DNA of 64,000 bases, from NCBI GenBank assembly GCA_963791085.1, contig CAWBQG010000003.1, positions 119,447 to 183,446 of the forward strand, read 5' to 3'. Source of the stretch: an uncultured Acidobacteriaceae bacterium. GTDB taxonomy: Bacteria > Acidobacteriota > Terriglobia > Terriglobales > Acidobacteriaceae. Shown one piece after another: positions 61,954 to 64,000 of this stretch. Under the pieces are notes generated by a model. It saw only the letters and a program-made list of their open reading frames with translations. It searched no databases and was not told the DNA's origin. Every line of letters begins with the position of its first letter. The stretch's first letter is position 1. A program made the translations under genes and the position numbers.

Positions 61954-62595
61954 ATGGCGAAAGTCAATGGAAAGAGCGAGGCGGCCAAGCTCGACCTGGA
62001 ACACGAGCTTCCGGCCGGGGAGAGCGGCGAGGAAACCGGCGCTGCGGCTGCGGTGCCTGCGGCTACGGGCGCGATTTCGGAAGTCGAGAAGCTGAAGGCC
62101 GAGCGGGAGGCGCTGCTCGACCGGCTGGCGCGGCTGCAGGCCGAGTTTGACAATGCGCGGAAGCGCGCGGTTCGCGAGCAGCAGGAGTTCCGCGAATATG
62201 CGGCCGCGGACGTGATCAAGGGATTGTTGCCCGCGCTCGATAGCTTTGAGCGGGCGCTGAAAGCGTCGCAGAACCCACCGAAGCAGAACTTGGGTGGGGC
62301 ACACGGCTCGGGTAGGGCACCCGCATCTACAGTTGGACCCGAGGCTGGCGAGTTCCGCAGCGGAATCGAACTTATTTACCGGCAGTTTCAGGATGCGTTG
62401 CAGAAGGCGGGAGTGCAGGCGATCGTGAGCGTGGGGCAGCCGTTCGATCCGCGGATTCACGAAGCGATCGAAATGGTCGATACAACGGAAGTGCCGGATC
62501 ATCATGTGATGGACGAATTGCAGAGGGGGTATAAGTTCAAGGATCGGCTGCTGCGTCCGGCGATGGTGCGGGTGGCGCGGAATGCGGGCGGGTAG
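61954..62595 (+). CDS. grpE: nucleotide exchange factor GrpE
   Basis: 213 aa with a coiled coil (LARLQAEFDNARKR) and a C-terminal GYKFKDRLLRPAMV. Confidence 0.9.
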   Translation: MAKVNGKSEAAKLDLEHELPAGESGEETGAAAAVPAATGAISEVEKLKAEREALLDRLARLQAEFDNARKRAVREQQEFREYAAADVIKGLLPALDSFERALKASQNPPKQNLGGAHGSGRAPASTVGPEAGEFRSGIELIYRQFQDALQKAGVQAIVSVGQPFDPRIHEAIEMVDTTEVPDHHVMDELQRGYKFKDRLLRPAMVRVARNAGG

Positions 62596-62618
62596 TGCGT
62601 GGATTCGTGAGCGGAGTT

Positions 62619-62693
62619 GGTGGAGCATGAGATTCCTCGCCCACTCGCTCTGCTCGGGCTCGGAATGACAAGCGAAAGTGAAGGAATGACAAC
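62619..62693 (+). repeat. family C repeat (right-half type, terminal 'ggaatgacaa' duplicated) between grpE and dnaJ
   Basis: 'ggtggagcatgagattcctcgcccactcgctctgctcgggctcggaatgacaagcgaaagtgaaggaatgacaa'. Confidence 0.7.
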
Positions 62694-62713
62694 AGGGAAG
62701 ATCAGGGGGAATT

Positions 62714-63844
62714 CTGGCCGCTAACACAAGGCGTGATTATTACGAGGTACTGGGCGTTACGCGCGCGGCTACCGAGGTGGAAATCAAGAGCGCGTATCGC
62801 AAGCTGGCGATGACGTACCATCCGGACCGCAATCCGAATAATCCAGACGCGGAAGACAAGTTCAAAGAGATAACGGAAGCCTACGCAATTCTGGCGGACG
62901 GCGAGAAGCGATCTCTCTATGATCGCTTTGGCCACGCGGGTGTGGGCGGAGGTGCGTCGGGGCCGGCGGGATTTGATCCCGTCATCTTCCAGGATTTCGG
63001 CGACATTTTCGGCGAGTTCTTCGGGTTTGGCGATTTGTTCGGCGCAGGCGGCCGGCGCCGCAGCCGGGCTCAGCGCGGGGCGGACCTGCGCGAGGACCTG
63101 CATCTCGAATTTGAGGAAGCTATCTTCGGCGTCGAGAAGCAGGTGAAGGTCCGACGCCACGAGACTTGCGACACGTGCCGCGGGGTGGGAGCGGCTCCGG
63201 GCAAGGCTCCGGTCACGTGCCGGTCATGCGAAGGCCGCGGCCAGGTTCGCTATCAGCAGGGATTTTTCAGCATCGCGCGAACCTGCTCGACCTGTCAGGG
63301 CTCGGGCGCCGTCATCACCGATCCGTGCCCGAAGTGCAAGGGCGAGGGACGGCAGTTGCGCGAGCGCATCGTCGAAGCAAAAGTGCCCGGCGGAGTGGAA
63401 GACGGAACGCGCATTCGCTTTGGCGGCCTGGGCGAGGCGGGGGCATTCGGAGGCCCGGCTGGCGATTTGTACATTGTGCTGCATGTCAAAGAGCATCTTT
63501 TTTTCGAGCGCGAGGGCAACGACCTGCACTGCGTAGTACCAATTTCGTTCGCGCAAGCCAGCTTGGGTACCGAGATCATGGTGCCTACGCTCGAAGGCGA
63601 GCACAGATTGAAAGTGCCGGAAGGCACGCAATCGGGAACGGCGTTTCGCATCCGGAGCAAAGGCGTGCCGGTACTCAACGGGCACGGCAAGGGCGATCTT
63701 TTCGTCGAGGTGCGCATTCAAACGCCCGGAAAACTCACGAAGAGACAACGCGAGCTTCTGACCGAATTGGCAGAACTGACACCGGTCGAAAACAAGCCAC
63801 AGCGGCGCTCGCTGCTGGGGCGCGTGAAGGATATGTTTGCGTAG
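62714..63844 (+). CDS. dnaJ: molecular chaperone DnaJ (probable non-canonical CTG start)
   Basis: The tracked ORF starts at GTG 62777 (MEIKSAYRKLAMTYHPDRN). The frame is open from 62690 and encodes (L)AANTRRDYYEVLGVTRAATEV, i.e. J-domain helix I, upstream. The only candidate starts there are CTG 62714 and ATT 62711. Also present: a G/F region, four CxxCxG zinc motifs and the C-terminal domains. Confidence 0.85.
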   Translation: MAANTRRDYYEVLGVTRAATEVEIKSAYRKLAMTYHPDRNPNNPDAEDKFKEITEAYAILADGEKRSLYDRFGHAGVGGGASGPAGFDPVIFQDFGDIFGEFFGFGDLFGAGGRRRSRAQRGADLREDLHLEFEEAIFGVEKQVKVRRHETCDTCRGVGAAPGKAPVTCRSCEGRGQVRYQQGFFSIARTCSTCQGSGAVITDPCPKCKGEGRQLRERIVEAKVPGGVEDGTRIRFGGLGEAGAFGGPAGDLYIVLHVKEHLFFEREGNDLHCVVPISFAQASLGTEIMVPTLEGEHRLKVPEGTQSGTAFRIRSKGVPVLNGHGKGDLFVEVRIQTPGKLTKRQRELLTELAELTPVENKPQRRSLLGRVKDMFA

Positions 63845-63848
63845 GACA

Positions 63849-63997
63849 GTTCTCAGTTGTCAGTTCTCAGTAACGGCGAGTAACATTTGCGCATTTCTGG
63901 CGGCCGCGGATGGCACGGCTGAAGCCGTGCCCTACCCAGAACCTATTTACGAAACCGGCGCTAATCATAAAGACCGAGAACTGGCCTCTGAGAACTG
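63849..63997 (+). repeat. A2-type hairpin unit flanked by inverted 'gttctcag' arms (family F)
   Basis: 'gttctcagttgtcagttctcagtaacggcg' (63849..63878), 'ggcacggctgaagccgtgccctacccagaacctatttacgaaacc', then 'cgagaactggcctctgagaactg' (63975..63997). A family F copy also lies at 5602..5631. Confidence 0.7.
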
Positions 63998-64000
63998 CGA

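Noticed and set aside
60902-63844. An expected dnaK between grpE and dnaJ, and a CIRCE operator upstream of hrcA
   Set aside because: Neither is present. The grpE-dnaJ gap is 118-181 nt of repeat sequence, and no TTAGCACTC-N9-GAGTGCTAA was seen by eye anywhere in the window. dnaK and CIRCE are presumably elsewhere in the genome.
1-64000. Defence, toxin-antitoxin, secretion-system, prophage, rRNA or tRNA content
   Set aside because: I recognised no nuclease/helicase/methylase pairs typical of defence islands, no small TA-like gene pairs, no phage structural genes and no tRNA cloverleaf-like or rRNA sequences. This is a judgement by eye and not a substitute for tRNAscan, Infernal or DefenseFinder.

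Overview
High-GC (roughly 60% by eye) bacterial chromosomal segment. Gene content and the dense short intergenic repeat families suggest an Acidobacteriota-like genome (inference only). I support about 52 protein-coding genes. I recognised no rRNA or tRNA genes, CRISPR arrays, cas genes, transposases, integrases or phage genes. Layout: (1) 0.1-7.7 kb holds a GH44 glycosidase, small secreted or membrane proteins and an M20 peptidase. (2) 7.9-15.5 kb holds tatA, maf and a complete minus-strand ISC Fe-S operon, iscR-iscS-iscU-iscA-hscB-hscA-fdx-iscX. Its hscA reading frame is split, and almost every intercistronic spacer carries a repeat or hairpin element. (3) 16-21.4 kb holds an HXXEE membrane protein, a hydantoinase A-type protein, a GGDEF cyclase and an MFS transporter. 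(4) 21.7-38.9 kb is the most interesting block. It contains adhE-STAS-WS/DGAT-OMP-acyl-CoA ligase in one tight minus-strand array. It also contains a chalcone-isomerase-like protein, a patatin lipase, phaR, two paralogous phasin-like repeat proteins, an alpha/beta hydrolase, a tocopherol-cyclase-like protein and an ABC1/UbiB kinase. A perfect 15-bp palindrome, TGCTGC-N3-GCAGCA, occurs three times in the window: at both phasin-like promoters and in the adhE leader. I read this block as a PhaR-controlled neutral-lipid (wax ester/TAG) inclusion-body system. No PHA synthase is visible in the window. This is a hypothesis. (5) 39-42.6 kb holds a secreted protein and a roughly 1000-aa surface protein with a degenerate matrixin-like domain, frameshifted. 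(6) 43.3-51.6 kb holds an S9 peptidase, a thioesterase, cydAB, apbC/mrp and an FAD oxidoreductase. (7) 52.3-55.5 kb is a lower-GC gene for a 1034-aa lipoprotein, flanked by 57-nt direct repeats, followed by a frameshifted EEP-family gene and a TPR membrane protein. (8) 60.9-63.8 kb holds hrcA-grpE-dnaJ. Three genes (hscA, the surface protein, the EEP gene) need a 1-nt frame correction. These could be assembly indels or real pseudogenes; I cannot tell which from the sequence alone.
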